64,000 nt of DNA from Bacteroidota bacterium (GCA_006218065.1 VBWE01000014.1:1618-65617); one strand, 5' to 3'. Positions 28,773 through 38,469 are shown, numbered from the stretch's first letter. Numbers and translations are program-made. The notes: generated by a model from the letters alone, not told the origin.

Positions 28773-31700
28773 CTATTTTCCTCCCGCCCGGATCAGGTGC
28801 AGGAATCCCGTATGTTGCGTAATACCCATGGATGGCACTTCCGCTTCCGCGATATAATAATATACACCATCCGAAGCCGGTTTCCCGGTTTGCATTACCG
28901 TGCCGTCCCAGCCGATATACAGGTCACTGAACTCGTAGATCAGCTGTCCCCAGCGGTTGTAAATACGCACGCGCACGTTTTCTCCGTACGGAATATAAAG
29001 CGTCCAGTTGTCGTTGTTGCCGTCGCCGTTCGGTGTAAATACGTTCGGTATGGTGATCGGGCATTCCACTACATCCACGTTGATAACCGATGAAGCGCTC
29101 CGGCAAAGTCCCGTATGCGTTACGAGGTAAAAAGTCGTGTCGCCCAGCAGCGGCCCGGCGAGGTACGTATTCCCGGTAGTGAGTAAACTTCCGCCGTTGA
29201 ACTGCGTGTACCATTCGATCGTATTTTGTCCCGTGGCATGCAGTTCCGCCAGCTGGCCGATACAAACCGTCGTATCCGTTCCGATCGGCGGTACTAAGTT
29301 GTTCGGCTGCGGGAACATGGAAACGGTATCCTGCGCGGAACATCCGTACTGGTCGGTTGCCACAAGCGTGTACGTGCCGGGCAGGCTCACCCAAACCGAA
29401 TCGCCGGTAAAGTTCCCGGGATTCCAGGAGTACGTTGTTTGTCCCGTATTTGCGATCAGCATGGTCGAGTCGCCTTCGCAGATCGGGTAAGGGCCGAGGA
29501 TACTGGCCTGCGCGGCAACCTGTGTAGCGTTTACCGTAATGGTCGCAGGCGTAACGATACCGCACGACGTGATCAGGCAGGTGTATGTTCCGGGCTGCGT
29601 TACATATTGCGTGAGCGCGCTTCCGCTCAGCGGAGCCTGCCACTGCACCAGGCTTGCCGAATTGGAAATCACGGAAATGGCTACCGTATCGCCGCTGTTA
29701 CATAGGATGGGAGACGGAATCGCCTGCAGGTACGGCGTATTGTACTGCACGATGTTCAGCGTATTGGACACGAGCTGGCAACTGTCATTATCCATGAGTA
29801 CGCAATAATAAAATCCAGGCGAAGTGACGTAAATGGAACTCACATTACCGCCGATCGGTCCGTTCGGTCCCTGCCAGATAAATGTTCCCACGCCGGTGCA
29901 AACCAGCAGCACGGAATCGTTTGGACAGATCACACCATCGCCCGGGTTCATCGTAATGGTGGGCGGTTGTTTTACCGTGACGAAAATGGACGCATTCCCG
30001 AAAATAACCGCATCGCATCCGAACGAATTGGTCACGGTATCGAGATACGAAACTGTGTACGTGCCGGGTTGTGATACGTAAATACTGTCGTTGGTGGAGC
30101 CTGTGCTCCAGTTGTAACCCGGTGCGCCGCTGGCCACGAGCAAAGTCGTATCACCCGGGCAGAGCTGCGTATTGCCGGTGATGGTGATGGGAATTTGCCC
30201 GCCCTGCGGAACGGGCAGCACTTCTATATAATACGTGTGACTGACGATAAACGTATCCGTATCACACGCGCTCGCGCGGATGATCATGCCGGTAATGGTA
30301 TATGTTCCCGTGGAATCCGGGTTCATATTATTCATCGTGAAGGTGACGCAATTCGTGACCGAAGTATAATTGATGCCCCCGGCCGGAGTAACCGTCCATT
30401 GGATTTCATCGAGATACTCGATGCATAGATTCGTAAGCGCATTGGGATTCGTGATACTGTCGTAGATGAACATCGTAAATATGTCATCGTCGCAGATTGA
30501 AATGGAATCGTTGCCGTCGGTATCTTCCAGCAGGAGCATCTGTGGACTCAGCGTATCGAACGGATCGGCGAGTGTAACCAGCACGGTAGTTTGCGAAGAG
30601 CATCCGAACTGGTTGGTGGTCATAATGGTATAATATCCCGAAGTATCGGCGATGATCACCGCCGAAGTATCGCCCCCGTTCGGCCCGACCCAGGAATAGG
30701 TATTGGATAAATTTCCGCCGGTAAGCACTACCGAATCGGCGCAGAGAATGATCGGCGTGGTAATCGTGTCGTTCACGTTTATAAGTTCATCGTCGCTGAT
30801 GGTCGGCAGGGGCGGATCGGGATTGAATACGAGTATGATCGTATCCTGCTGCGTGATACATCCGTCGGCGGAAGTAATTGTGACCGCGTACATGCCGGGA
30901 GCATTTACAAAAATGGACGGTTGCGTTGATCCGGTACTCCAGAGATACGTGAAATCGGGCCCGTTGCTGCTCGAGGGCGAGAACTGCGAGGTTTGTGTCG
31001 CACCGTGCAGTGTAATGTTCGGCGGCGGTTCGCAAACGCTGATCGTATCGCCGAAGCATCCGTAGTCCAGCGTAGTGCTTATAATACAAACGTCGTTGCT
31101 GTCGCGGTTGCAGCCTGATCCCTGGTGGTAATAAAAATCGTACGGCTCGCGCGAAAGATCGATCGCACGTCCCATAAACGCATCCGTCGCCCCGCTGGTC
31201 GGCAGTTTTGCAAAATCGTTGTACCAGTTATCGCCGCAGAAAACCGGCGGAGTAATTACGCCGGGAGTCGGTGTAACATTATAACCGAGGAAACTGACCG
31301 AGACATACGGCACAAAAAGTTCCTGCCCGAAAGCGCCGGCCAGCACCACATCGTTGTTCGTGGTGAGCGCGATGCCGCCCATGCTCTCGTCTTTTTTTCC
31401 GCCCAGTTGCCTGCTCCATTGCCAGGCTCCGGTGGAATTGTACTGCGCCACGAAAATATCCCAGAAGCCCACGCTGTTGAACGTGCTGGTGCCATACTGG
31501 TCGGAATATTCCGTAAACCGGCATTTGAAAAGTCCCGTGATATAAGTGTTGGCGGATGCGTCGGTGGTCACGCTGACCGAAGTAACCTGCGAAGTGGATG
31601 CCGCGGAAGTCGACCAGTCCAGGTTGCCCGCGTTATCATACCGCGCAAGGAAAATGCAGTCGCTGTACAGTCCGCTCAGCGTACTGTTCGTTGTTCCGAA

Positions 31701-32747
31701 AAACGTAAGCGTTCCCTGGAAATCGCCGGTGACCAGTACTTTGTTGTTTACGTCGCAGGTAATGGAATTGGCGATATTCACCGCGCCGCCGCCGATGCGC
31801 CGGAACCATTGTTCCACGCCGTTCGGATCGTACTTCACCACGAAAACGGCATTCACCATATTATTCAGGTGCACCTGGTCGAAGGTGATCGTATCGCTGA
31901 ACTGGCCGGTGATAAAAACGTTGCCGGTGGCGTCGCAGCTTACGTCGAGCCCGCGGTCGGTCATGTGCGCCGATCCTTTTTCCGCCCAGAGCACGTTCCC
32001 GGAAGCATCGTACTTCACGGTAAATACGTCAGTCGTTCCGTTCATGCTCGTAAGCACCTGCGAACCGAAACTGGCCGTGCCTGCAAACTCGCCGGTGATG
32101 ATCACGTTTCCGCTGTTATCCACGGTAATGCCGTTCCCGATATCCGCGCCGGTCCCGCCTCCCGACCGCAGCCAGAGCAGGGTTCCGCTGGGATCGTATT
32201 TCGCCACGAAGACATCCTGCTGCCCGGCGGAAATAACATTCTGTGAAGAAAAAGTCGCTGTATTGTAAAAGAAGCCGGTGATGTAACTGTTCCCGGCAGC
32301 GTCCGCTTTCACGCTCAGCCCGCGGTCCGAGCCTGTACCGCCGCCGCTCACGGCCCACTGGTAAACGCCCGCTGCATTGGTTTTACTCAGGAATACGTCC
32401 GTAATCCCCGCCGCATTCACGTTGAATGTCCCGAAACTGGCGGTAGTACTGTAATAGCCGGTATAATAAAGATTTCCTGCAGCGTCCGAACTCACGTCGG
32501 CAGCCTCGTCGTTGGCCAGCCCGCCCCCGCGCTGCACCCAGTAACTTTGCGCAAAGCTGTTGCCCGAAACGAGCAGTAACAGGAATAAAAAGGCAAAAGG
32601 CAAAAAGCAAACAGCAATACTATGTTTGCCTTTTGCTATTTGCCCTTTGCTATTTGCCCTTTGTTTTTTGCTTTTTTTAAGAAAATAAAAACGTCCTCCC
32701 TGTGAAGCAGGAAAATGCAAAACACAGGTACCTTGGGGGTGTGTCAT
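28773..32747 (-). CDS. T9SS type B (gliding motility-associated C-terminal domain) protein with SBBP repeats and Ig-like repeats
   Basis: C-terminal IPNVFTPNGDGNND...IYNRWG...WDG...DGVYYY, and N-terminal 'D.SGN.YITG.F' SBBP repeats. The start is uncertain (32747 chosen). Confidence 0.88.
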   Translation of the reverse strand: MTHPQGTCVLHFPASQGGRFYFLKKSKKQRANSKGQIAKGKHSIAVCFLPFAFLFLLLLVSGNSFAQSYWVQRGGGLANDEAADVSSDAAGNLYYTGYYSTTASFGTFNVNAAGITDVFLSKTNAAGVYQWAVSGGGTGSDRGLSVKADAAGNSYITGFFYNTATFSSQNVISAGQQDVFVAKYDPSGTLLWLRSGGGTGADIGNGITVDNSGNVIITGEFAGTASFGSQVLTSMNGTTDVFTVKYDASGNVLWAEKGSAHMTDRGLDVSCDATGNVFITGQFSDTITFDQVHLNNMVNAVFVVKYDPNGVEQWFRRIGGGAVNIANSITCDVNNKVLVTGDFQGTLTFFGTTNSTLSGLYSDCIFLARYDNAGNLDWSTSAASTSQVTSVSVTTDASANTYITGLFKCRFTEYSDQYGTSTFNSVGFWDIFVAQYNSTGAWQWSRQLGGKKDESMGGIALTTNNDVVLAGAFGQELFVPYVSVSFLGYNVTPTPGVITPPVFCGDNWYNDFAKLPTSGATDAFMGRAIDLSREPYDFYYHQGSGCNRDSNDVCIISTTLDYGCFGDTISVCEPPPNITLHGATQTSQFSPSSSNGPDFTYLWSTGSTQPSIFVNAPGMYAVTITSADGCITQQDTIILVFNPDPPLPTISDDELINVNDTITTPIILCADSVVLTGGNLSNTYSWVGPNGGDTSAVIIADTSGYYTIMTTNQFGCSSQTTVLVTLADPFDTLSPQMLLLEDTDGNDSISICDDDIFTMFIYDSITNPNALTNLCIEYLDEIQWTVTPAGGINYTSVTNCVTFTMNNMNPDSTGTYTITGMIIRASACDTDTFIVSHTYYIEVLPVPQGGQIPITITGNTQLCPGDTTLLVASGAPGYNWSTGSTNDSIYVSQPGTYTVSYLDTVTNSFGCDAVIFGNASIFVTVKQPPTITMNPGDGVICPNDSVLLVCTGVGTFIWQGPNGPIGGNVSSIYVTSPGFYYCVLMDNDSCQLVSNTLNIVQYNTPYLQAIPSPILCNSGDTVAISVISNSASLVQWQAPLSGSALTQYVTQPGTYTCLITSCGIVTPATITVNATQVAAQASILGPYPICEGDSTMLIANTGQTTYSWNPGNFTGDSVWVSLPGTYTLVATDQYGCSAQDTVSMFPQPNNLVPPIGTDTTVCIGQLAELHATGQNTIEWYTQFNGGSLLTTGNTYLAGPLLGDTTFYLVTHTGLCRSASSVINVDVVECPITIPNVFTPNGDGNNDNWTLYIPYGENVRVRIYNRWGQLIYEFSDLYIGWDGTVMQTGKPASDGVYYYIAEAEVPSMGITQHTGFLHLIRAGGK

Positions 32748-32921
32748 GTGAGTTTTGTACTTAATGAAGGTATGCTTGCCAAACCAAATATAGGGCAAAG
32801 AGACCGACGGCACAAGGAATTGCGCGGTCTTTTTAAAATGCAGTCATCCCCGGGTTTGATGAAGCAAAAAAGGAAGGGGAAAGCAGGCCGGGGAAATCGT
32901 CCCGTTACGGCCTTTTTGCCC

Positions 32922-32952
32922 TTTGCAAATCTTAATATTTATTGTAGGTTTG
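32922..32952 (+). promoter_or_regulatory. Bacteroidota sigma-A promoter of the Ter operon (TTTG-N19-TAGGTTTG)
   Basis: TTTG at 32922-32925 and TAGGTTTG at 32945-32952 with canonical spacing. Confidence 0.7.
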
Positions 32953-32954
32953 CC

Positions 32955-33017
32955 ATGAATGCATTACAGCTAAAGGCATGTGTTGCTGCTGCTGATCGAG
33001 GTGAACAACAATATTGA
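32955..33017 (+). CDS. Putative 20-aa leader peptide MNALQLKACVAAADRGEQQY
   Basis: ATG 2 nt after the -7 box, and a stop about 12 nt before a terminator-like hairpin. Confidence 0.4.
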   Translation: MNALQLKACVAAADRGEQQY

Positions 33018-33029
33018 GAATACAAGTTG

Positions 33030-33058
33030 AGGAGGCGTTTTTTCGGCGCCTCTTTTTT
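33030..33058 (+). terminator. Attenuator-like intrinsic terminator in the Ter operon leader
   Basis: AGGAGGCG-loop-CGCCTCTT followed by a U-tract, lying between the promoter and the first terD. Confidence 0.6.
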
Positions 33059-33143
33059 GACGAGTCAACCCTGTATTTTTTCACCCCGGTCGGTGCGGAC
33101 ATCATGCCCGGCGCAAGTACAAACAACACACAATACAACCGTT

Positions 33144-33719
33144 ATGGCTATTAACCTGCAAAAAGGACAGAAGATCGACATTGCGCTGTCCAACATGAGT
33201 GTAGGCCTTGGCTGGAATCCCAATGAAGGCACCGGCCAGGCTTTCGATCTTGACGCTTCGGCGTTCATGCTCAACGAAGGAAGACTGATTCCCACCGAAG
33301 GGCATTTTATTTTCTATGGCAATACCGATTCGCCCGACGGCGGTTTGCATCATACGGGCGATGATCCTACCGGCGGCAACAGCGCTGACGGTGATGATGA
33401 AACCATCATGGTGAACCTGGCCAAAGTAAGTGCGGACATCCAGGAAATTCTTTTCGTGGTTACCATCCATGAAGCCGGCTCGCGCAGGCAGAATTTCGGG
33501 CAGGTGCGCAACTCTTATATCCGTATCGTGGATAACGGGAACGGGACGGAAATCGCGAAATATGAACTCGGCGAAGATTTCTCGGTTGAAACAGCCGTCG
33601 AATTCGGGCGTCTTTATAAGCGTGACGGAAAATGGAAATTCGAAGCTTCCGGCATCGGTTATAAAGAAGAACTCGCTTACTTCGTAGAGAAGTACTATAA
33701 AGGACAAGTCATTAAATAA
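33144..33719 (+). CDS. terD: TerD-family stress protein
   Basis: MAINLQKGQ, VGLGW, FDLDASAF, GDDETI, QNFGQV and FGRLY..WKFEA. Confidence 0.92.
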   Translation: MAINLQKGQKIDIALSNMSVGLGWNPNEGTGQAFDLDASAFMLNEGRLIPTEGHFIFYGNTDSPDGGLHHTGDDPTGGNSADGDDETIMVNLAKVSADIQEILFVVTIHEAGSRRQNFGQVRNSYIRIVDNGNGTEIAKYELGEDFSVETAVEFGRLYKRDGKWKFEASGIGYKEELAYFVEKYYKGQVIK

Positions 33720-33752
33720 GTAAGTAGTTACACCAAATAACAAACGTAGATT

Positions 33753-34427
33753 ATGGCAATTAACCTGCAAAAGGGTCAAACCATTGACCTTCGCAAAAAC
33801 GATCAAGGTGAAAGTTTCGATCTTTCCCAGGTGACCATCGGCCTCGGATGGGACATGCGTAAAAAAGAAGGCGGCGGTTTTCTCGGAAAACTTTTCGGCG
33901 GAAAAGAAGAGGATTATGACCTCGATGCGGTTGCATTCCTGATGGATGCGAGCGACAAAGTGGCCAACCTGGGCCGCACCGTGCAGCATCCGAACGGCAT
34001 GAAAGTGCCGCTGTTCGAAAGCGACGTCATTTACTTCAACTCGCAGCGCCACCCTTCGGGGCATATCTGGCTTACCGGCGATAACCGCACGGGAGCAGGT
34101 GACGGCGACGACGAACAGATCATCGTGAAACTTGACGCGCTCGAGCAGCGTTTCCAGAAAGTGATGTTCCTGGTTACCATTTACCAGGGCAAACAAAAAG
34201 GCCAGCATTTCGGTATGGTTGCCAATGCGTATATCCGTGCGGTAGATGCCCGCGGAAAAGAAATTGCGCGTTACAACCTGTCGGGCGACGCCAGCATGAA
34301 CGGCATGGCCGGTATGGTTTTCGCCGAAGTGTACCGTAAGGACGGCACCTGGAAATTCCGCGCGCTCGGCAACCCGCAGAACACCGATAACTTTATCGAA
34401 GTACTTCGCCAGCACGTATATCAATGA
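33753..34427 (+). CDS. TerD-family protein (TerZ/YceC-like)
   Basis: GLGWD..GGGFLGKLFG..DLDA, GDNRTGAGDGDDEQI Ca-binding motif and WKFRALG. Confidence 0.9.
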   Translation: MAINLQKGQTIDLRKNDQGESFDLSQVTIGLGWDMRKKEGGGFLGKLFGGKEEDYDLDAVAFLMDASDKVANLGRTVQHPNGMKVPLFESDVIYFNSQRHPSGHIWLTGDNRTGAGDGDDEQIIVKLDALEQRFQKVMFLVTIYQGKQKGQHFGMVANAYIRAVDARGKEIARYNLSGDASMNGMAGMVFAEVYRKDGTWKFRALGNPQNTDNFIEVLRQHVYQ

Positions 34428-35119
34428 GCATACTGACCGGCGTCAGCCATATATCGTTCGATCTGTGGCTGACGCTGATCCGGTCAGCGCCCGGTTTTAA
34501 ACCGGAACGCGACCGTTTGCTCGCCGGTCATTTCGGCATTCAGCGTTCGCCGGAAAAAATTTCGGAAACGGTCAGGCATTTCGACCGGCTTTTCGACCGG
34601 GTGAGTATGATTACCGGGAAAAGTATCGATGCGGATGAAATCGTCCTGGTGATACTGGACGCGCTCGGGGCGGATATTTCAGCCGTGAGCCGCGAACAAT
34701 TGCAGCGTTTTTATGTTGATATGGAAGACTTGTTTTTTTCAAGCCCCCCTGTTCTCATCGATCCGCAAATGCCGCATCACCTGGAAAAGCTCCGGGAAAA
34801 GGGATTTACGCTGAGCCTGTTGAGCAACACGGCGTTTATCAGGGGTAAAACATTAAGAAAAATACTGGCGCATTATGAAATGGATATACATTTTGATTTC
34901 CAGCTTTATTCGGATGAGATCGGTTACGCCAAACCTGCGCCCGGCGCTTTTGCCTGTTTATGGCAGGAAGCAAAAAAACGCCGCAGCCTGGAAAAGGAAA
35001 TGATCCTGCATATCGGCGATAATCCCGACGCCGATGTAAAAGGCGCTTCGGATTTCGGCATGCGGGCGGCTTTGTTCAACCGGCAGGAAACCGCGCTGGC
35101 CGATATGCTGGAATGCTGA
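34424..35119 (+). CDS. HAD-superfamily hydrolase
   Basis: FDLWLTL (motif I variant), LSNT, KP, HIGD...DV.GA. ATGA overlap with the upstream terD. Confidence 0.88.
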   Translation: MSILTGVSHISFDLWLTLIRSAPGFKPERDRLLAGHFGIQRSPEKISETVRHFDRLFDRVSMITGKSIDADEIVLVILDALGADISAVSREQLQRFYVDMEDLFFSSPPVLIDPQMPHHLEKLREKGFTLSLLSNTAFIRGKTLRKILAHYEMDIHFDFQLYSDEIGYAKPAPGAFACLWQEAKKRRSLEKEMILHIGDNPDADVKGASDFGMRAALFNRQETALADMLEC

Positions 35120-35155
35120 TGAACGGGATTTTCCCGTGTAAACAACAGGAATGAG

Positions 35156-35998
35156 ATGATTGTAAAACAGGCTTTAAAATTCGAAACGTTTTCCCTGCAT
35201 AAAATTCATGCGGCAGATACGCTCGCGTTCAGCGCGGAAGCTTACAGCCGGTTTAAATTCGGTCATGGCGGGTACGCGGAACAGTTCGGCCGCGAACTGG
35301 CGCTGAAATTTATCCGCGCGCACAGTGAACTGCTTTTATCCGAAGAAAAGATCGTCCTGCTGCCGAGTCCTTACGATTCCATTCCCACCGCTTCCAATGC
35401 CATGGCGCGTTCGTTCCGCACGGTACTGAATGCGTTCCTGGCCCGCCACGAAAAAAAATCGCTGCTCGAATCCAAAATACACCGCTACAAAACGTACAGC
35501 GTGGATTACGGCAACCTGGATTTTGAAGAAAGACTGCGGCTGATCTCGGCCGATACATATCATATCGACCGCGATTTCCTGAAAGAAGGACTCGTGCTGC
35601 TTATCGACGATGTGCGCATTACCGGGAGCCACGAACTGATGATCCGCAACCTGATCCGGAAAAATGAAGTCCCCGGCCATTTCGTATTCCTGTATTACGC
35701 CGAACTGGCCGACAAATCCGTCGCTCCCGATTTTGAGAATTACCTGAACTACTTTTTTGTGAAGGATATCCGGGGCATTCTCGAGATGATTCATGCGGAT
35801 TTCTTTATTTTTAACACAAGGGTGATCAAGTACATCCTGGGCTGCGATCAAAAACAGTTCGGGCTGGTGCTGGAAACCGTTCAAAAGGATAAACTGGTGC
35901 AATTGTGCGATCATGCGTTCGGCAACAATTACCACCTGATGACCGAATACAAAGAAAACCTCGAACGCATTCAACAACACATCCACTATGGCCATTAA
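35156..35998 (+). CDS. Ter-associated type I phosphoribosyltransferase-fold protein
   Basis: VLLIDDVRITGSHE PRPP-binding loop, YSRFKFG and SPY..IPTAS. Confidence 0.8.
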   Translation: MIVKQALKFETFSLHKIHAADTLAFSAEAYSRFKFGHGGYAEQFGRELALKFIRAHSELLLSEEKIVLLPSPYDSIPTASNAMARSFRTVLNAFLARHEKKSLLESKIHRYKTYSVDYGNLDFEERLRLISADTYHIDRDFLKEGLVLLIDDVRITGSHELMIRNLIRKNEVPGHFVFLYYAELADKSVAPDFENYLNYFFVKDIRGILEMIHADFFIFNTRVIKYILGCDQKQFGLVLETVQKDKLVQLCDHAFGNNYHLMTEYKENLERIQQHIHYGH

Positions 35999-36539
35999 TC
36001 TTCAGAAAGGACAGCGCGAAAATATCAACGTGCCCAAATTCACCGTCGGTCTCGGCTGGGACGCCAACAGCAGCGCTACGGGAGGCGAGTTCGATCTCGA
36101 CGCTTCGGTATTCCTGCTCACCGAAAATCACAAAATTCCCGGCGACGATTATTTTGTTTTTTACAACAACAAAGTTTCCGGCGACGGATCGGTGACGCAT
36201 TCCGGCGACAACCGCACGGGCGCCGGCGACGGTGACGACGAGCAGGTGGTAGTCGACCTCTCGAAAGTAAATCCGCAGGTTACGCAGATCTGTATCGTGG
36301 TAACCATTCACGAAGCCGAAGCACGCCGCCAGAATTTCGGACAGGTGCGCAATGCCTTTATCCGCATCATCGACGCGAGCGGAGCGGAACTGGTGAAATA
36401 CGATCTCGACGAAGATTTCTCGATCGAAACGGCCGTGGAATTCGGACGCATTTACAACCGCAGCGGCCAGTGGAAATTCGAAGCCGTGGGCGTAGGCATG
36501 CAGGGCGGATTAGGTGATTATCTTACAAAGTATACGTAA
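35988..36539 (+). CDS. terD: TerD-family stress protein
   Basis: FDLDASVF, GDNRTGAGDGDDEQV, QNFGQV and WKFEAVG. Confidence 0.93.
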   Translation: MAINLQKGQRENINVPKFTVGLGWDANSSATGGEFDLDASVFLLTENHKIPGDDYFVFYNNKVSGDGSVTHSGDNRTGAGDGDDEQVVVDLSKVNPQVTQICIVVTIHEAEARRQNFGQVRNAFIRIIDASGAELVKYDLDEDFSIETAVEFGRIYNRSGQWKFEAVGVGMQGGLGDYLTKYT

Positions 36540-36542
36540 TGT

Positions 36543-36570
36543 TCACGTCTCGTCTATCGCTCGACGTGAC
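36543..36570. repeat. REP-like hairpin (CGCTCGAC family) immediately after the terD stop
   Basis: TCACGTC-tcgtctatcgctc-GACGTGA. Relatives at 37386-37411, 37441-37460 and 43747-43774. Confidence 0.6.
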
Positions 36571-36578
36571 AAGCCGGC

Positions 36579-36693
36579 GTTTCAAGTCTAAAGTTTCAAG
36601 TTTAATGTTTCAGGTTTTGTAACGCATCAGATCAAAAGACAAAACGTTGAACATTAAACTTTAAACCTGAAACTTTAGACTTGAAACATTGAA
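36579..36693. repeat. Heptamer-repeat (GTTTCAA-type) long hairpin
   Basis: gtttcaagtctaaagtttcaagtttaatgtttcagg ... aaactttaaacctgaaactttagacttgaaac. Confidence 0.8.
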
Positions 36694-36742
36694 CAGTAAG
36701 CAGAACTCTCCGAAGGAATAACCAATACTATATAAAACCAAA

Positions 36743-37381
36743 ATGAGAAGACTACCCGTTTACCTCCTGCTCGACACGTCGGGCTCAATGACAGGAGAAC
36801 CGATTGAAGCAGTGAAGAACGGCGTACAGGTGCTTATTTCCACCCTTCGCCAGGATCCGTATGCGCTCGAAACCGCTTACATCAGCGTAGTGACGTTCAA
36901 TACGACCGCTTCGCAGCTGATTCCGCTCACCGATCTTTCTTCGTTCCAGATGCAGGACATCAAAGCCGGCGGATCAACGGCACTTGGCGATGGTCTGAAA
37001 GTACTGGCCGAATGTATCGACCGCGAAGTGGCGAAAAGCACAGCCGAAACCAAAGGCGACTGGAAACCGCTTGTCTTTATAATGACGGACGGTGGTCCCA
37101 CCGACCAGTGGCAGGCAGGCCTCGCCGAATTCCAGAGAAGGAAAGTCGGTGTGATCGTAGCCTGTGCGGCCGGCAGTGGCGCGGATACCAACGTACTCAA
37201 GCAGGTTACCGACGTGGTGGTTTCGCTCGACACGGCTGATTCGGCCACGATCAAAGCCTTTTTCAAATGGGTTTCCGCGTCGATCAGCACCGGCAGCCAG
37301 AAAGTGGAAAGCGGCGAGAAGGAAGTGGGCGGCCTCAGCGAATTACCGCCGCCGCCGCCGGAAGTGAATATAGTGGTGTAA
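36743..37381 (+). CDS. terY: TerY-type vWA domain protein 1
   Basis: MRRLPVYLLLDTSGSM (MIDAS), LRQDPYALE, GDWKP..F.MTDG and a polyproline C-tail. Confidence 0.9.
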   Translation: MRRLPVYLLLDTSGSMTGEPIEAVKNGVQVLISTLRQDPYALETAYISVVTFNTTASQLIPLTDLSSFQMQDIKAGGSTALGDGLKVLAECIDREVAKSTAETKGDWKPLVFIMTDGGPTDQWQAGLAEFQRRKVGVIVACAAGSGADTNVLKQVTDVVVSLDTADSATIKAFFKWVSASISTGSQKVESGEKEVGGLSELPPPPPEVNIVV

Positions 37382-37517
37382 TGCACATGTCTCGACTGCC
37401 GCTCGACATGACGTGTGTTATACACAGAAGTAAAGAGATCGGCTACCGCTCGACATGACGTGTATGTAATACGCGTAAAAGGAACATCGCCGCCACTCGA
37501 TGTGACGAATACTGTAA

Positions 37518-37570
37518 GGGCGATGCATTGCATCGCCCCAATGTAATACGGTGATGCATTGCATCGCCCG
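37518..37570. repeat. Two REP-like palindromes GGGCGATGCA-T-TGCATCGCCC
   Basis: Perfect 10-bp arms at 37518-37538 and a near copy at 37549-37570. Confidence 0.75.
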
Positions 37571-37587
37571 ACTGTAATACAAAACTC

Positions 37588-38223
37588 ATGAGACGCCTAC
37601 CTGTATATCTTTTACTGGACACTTCGGGTTCTATGCGCGGGGAACGGATCGAGGCGGTGAAAAACGGCCTGCAGGTACTCCTGTCGAAACTTCGCCAGGA
37701 CCCGCATGCGCTGGAAACGGTCTGGATGAGCATCATCACCTTCGACCGCGAAGTGCACCAGGTACTTCCGCTCACCGATCTCGAATCGCTGCAGATGCCC
37801 GAAATCCTCACGCCCGAGTCGGGTCCGACGAACATGGGCGCTGCGCTGGAAATGCTGCTGCAGAAATCCGACGCGGAAGTGATCCGCAGCACCGACGATC
37901 AGAAAGGCGACTGGCGCCCGCTGCTGTTCCTGATGACCGACGGAAAACCTTCGGACCTCGCCGCTTTCCGCGAAGTCGTCCCGAAAGTGAAAAAGAAAAA
38001 TTTCGCCGCCATCATCGCCTGCGCCGCCGGAGCAGAAGCGCAGGACAGTTTCCTGAAAGAACTGACGGATATCGTCGTTCACCTGGACACGGCCGACAGC
38101 AATACGCTGGTTTCTTTCTTCAAATGGGTATCCGCTTCCATCGGTACGGGAAATATGAGCGTCAGTTCTACCGATCAGCTCATCCTTCCGCCGCCGCCGG
38201 ATGAAGTGCACATGATTATTTAA
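37588..38223 (+). CDS. terY: TerY-type vWA domain protein 2
   Basis: MRRLPVYLLLDTSGSM, GDWRP.LF.MTDG and an LPPPP tail. Confidence 0.9.
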   Translation: MRRLPVYLLLDTSGSMRGERIEAVKNGLQVLLSKLRQDPHALETVWMSIITFDREVHQVLPLTDLESLQMPEILTPESGPTNMGAALEMLLQKSDAEVIRSTDDQKGDWRPLLFLMTDGKPSDLAAFREVVPKVKKKNFAAIIACAAGAEAQDSFLKELTDIVVHLDTADSNTLVSFFKWVSASIGTGNMSVSSTDQLILPPPPDEVHMII

Positions 38224-38455
38224 TGATTGTTTAAAACTCCTCCGGAGGATATATTACAAAATAAAGAAAATGAAAGTCGGAGTAGTTTCTTTTTCCAGTT
38301 TACAGTTGACAGTTTGCAGTTGGCAGTTTTTGTTTTACAGGGATGTCGTCAAAACTTCCGCGTTAACGCGTTCAAAACTGCCAACTGCAAACTGGAGTAA
38401 GGACATACGATTACAAAATACTCCCGTTTAAAGGAGCTTCGTTTTATACAGTCTG
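38220..38455. mobile_element. ~235-bp MITE-like element, copy 1
   Basis: Collinear homology with the reverse complement of 48310-48543, and imperfect terminal inverted repeats GAYTGTWTAAAAC. Confidence 0.6.
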
Positions 38456-38469
38456 ATCGAATCCGTTCT

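Noticed and set aside
28503-29093. 196-aa + strand ORF as a real gene
   Set aside because: Its second half is antisense to the T9SS type B gene, and only a short central part resembles DUF3078. Treated as a remnant.
32780-33143. yybP-ykoY or c-di-GMP riboswitch upstream of the Ter operon
   Set aside because: I could not find the consensus elements by eye. An Infernal search is needed, so the region is reported only as a putative novel attenuator.
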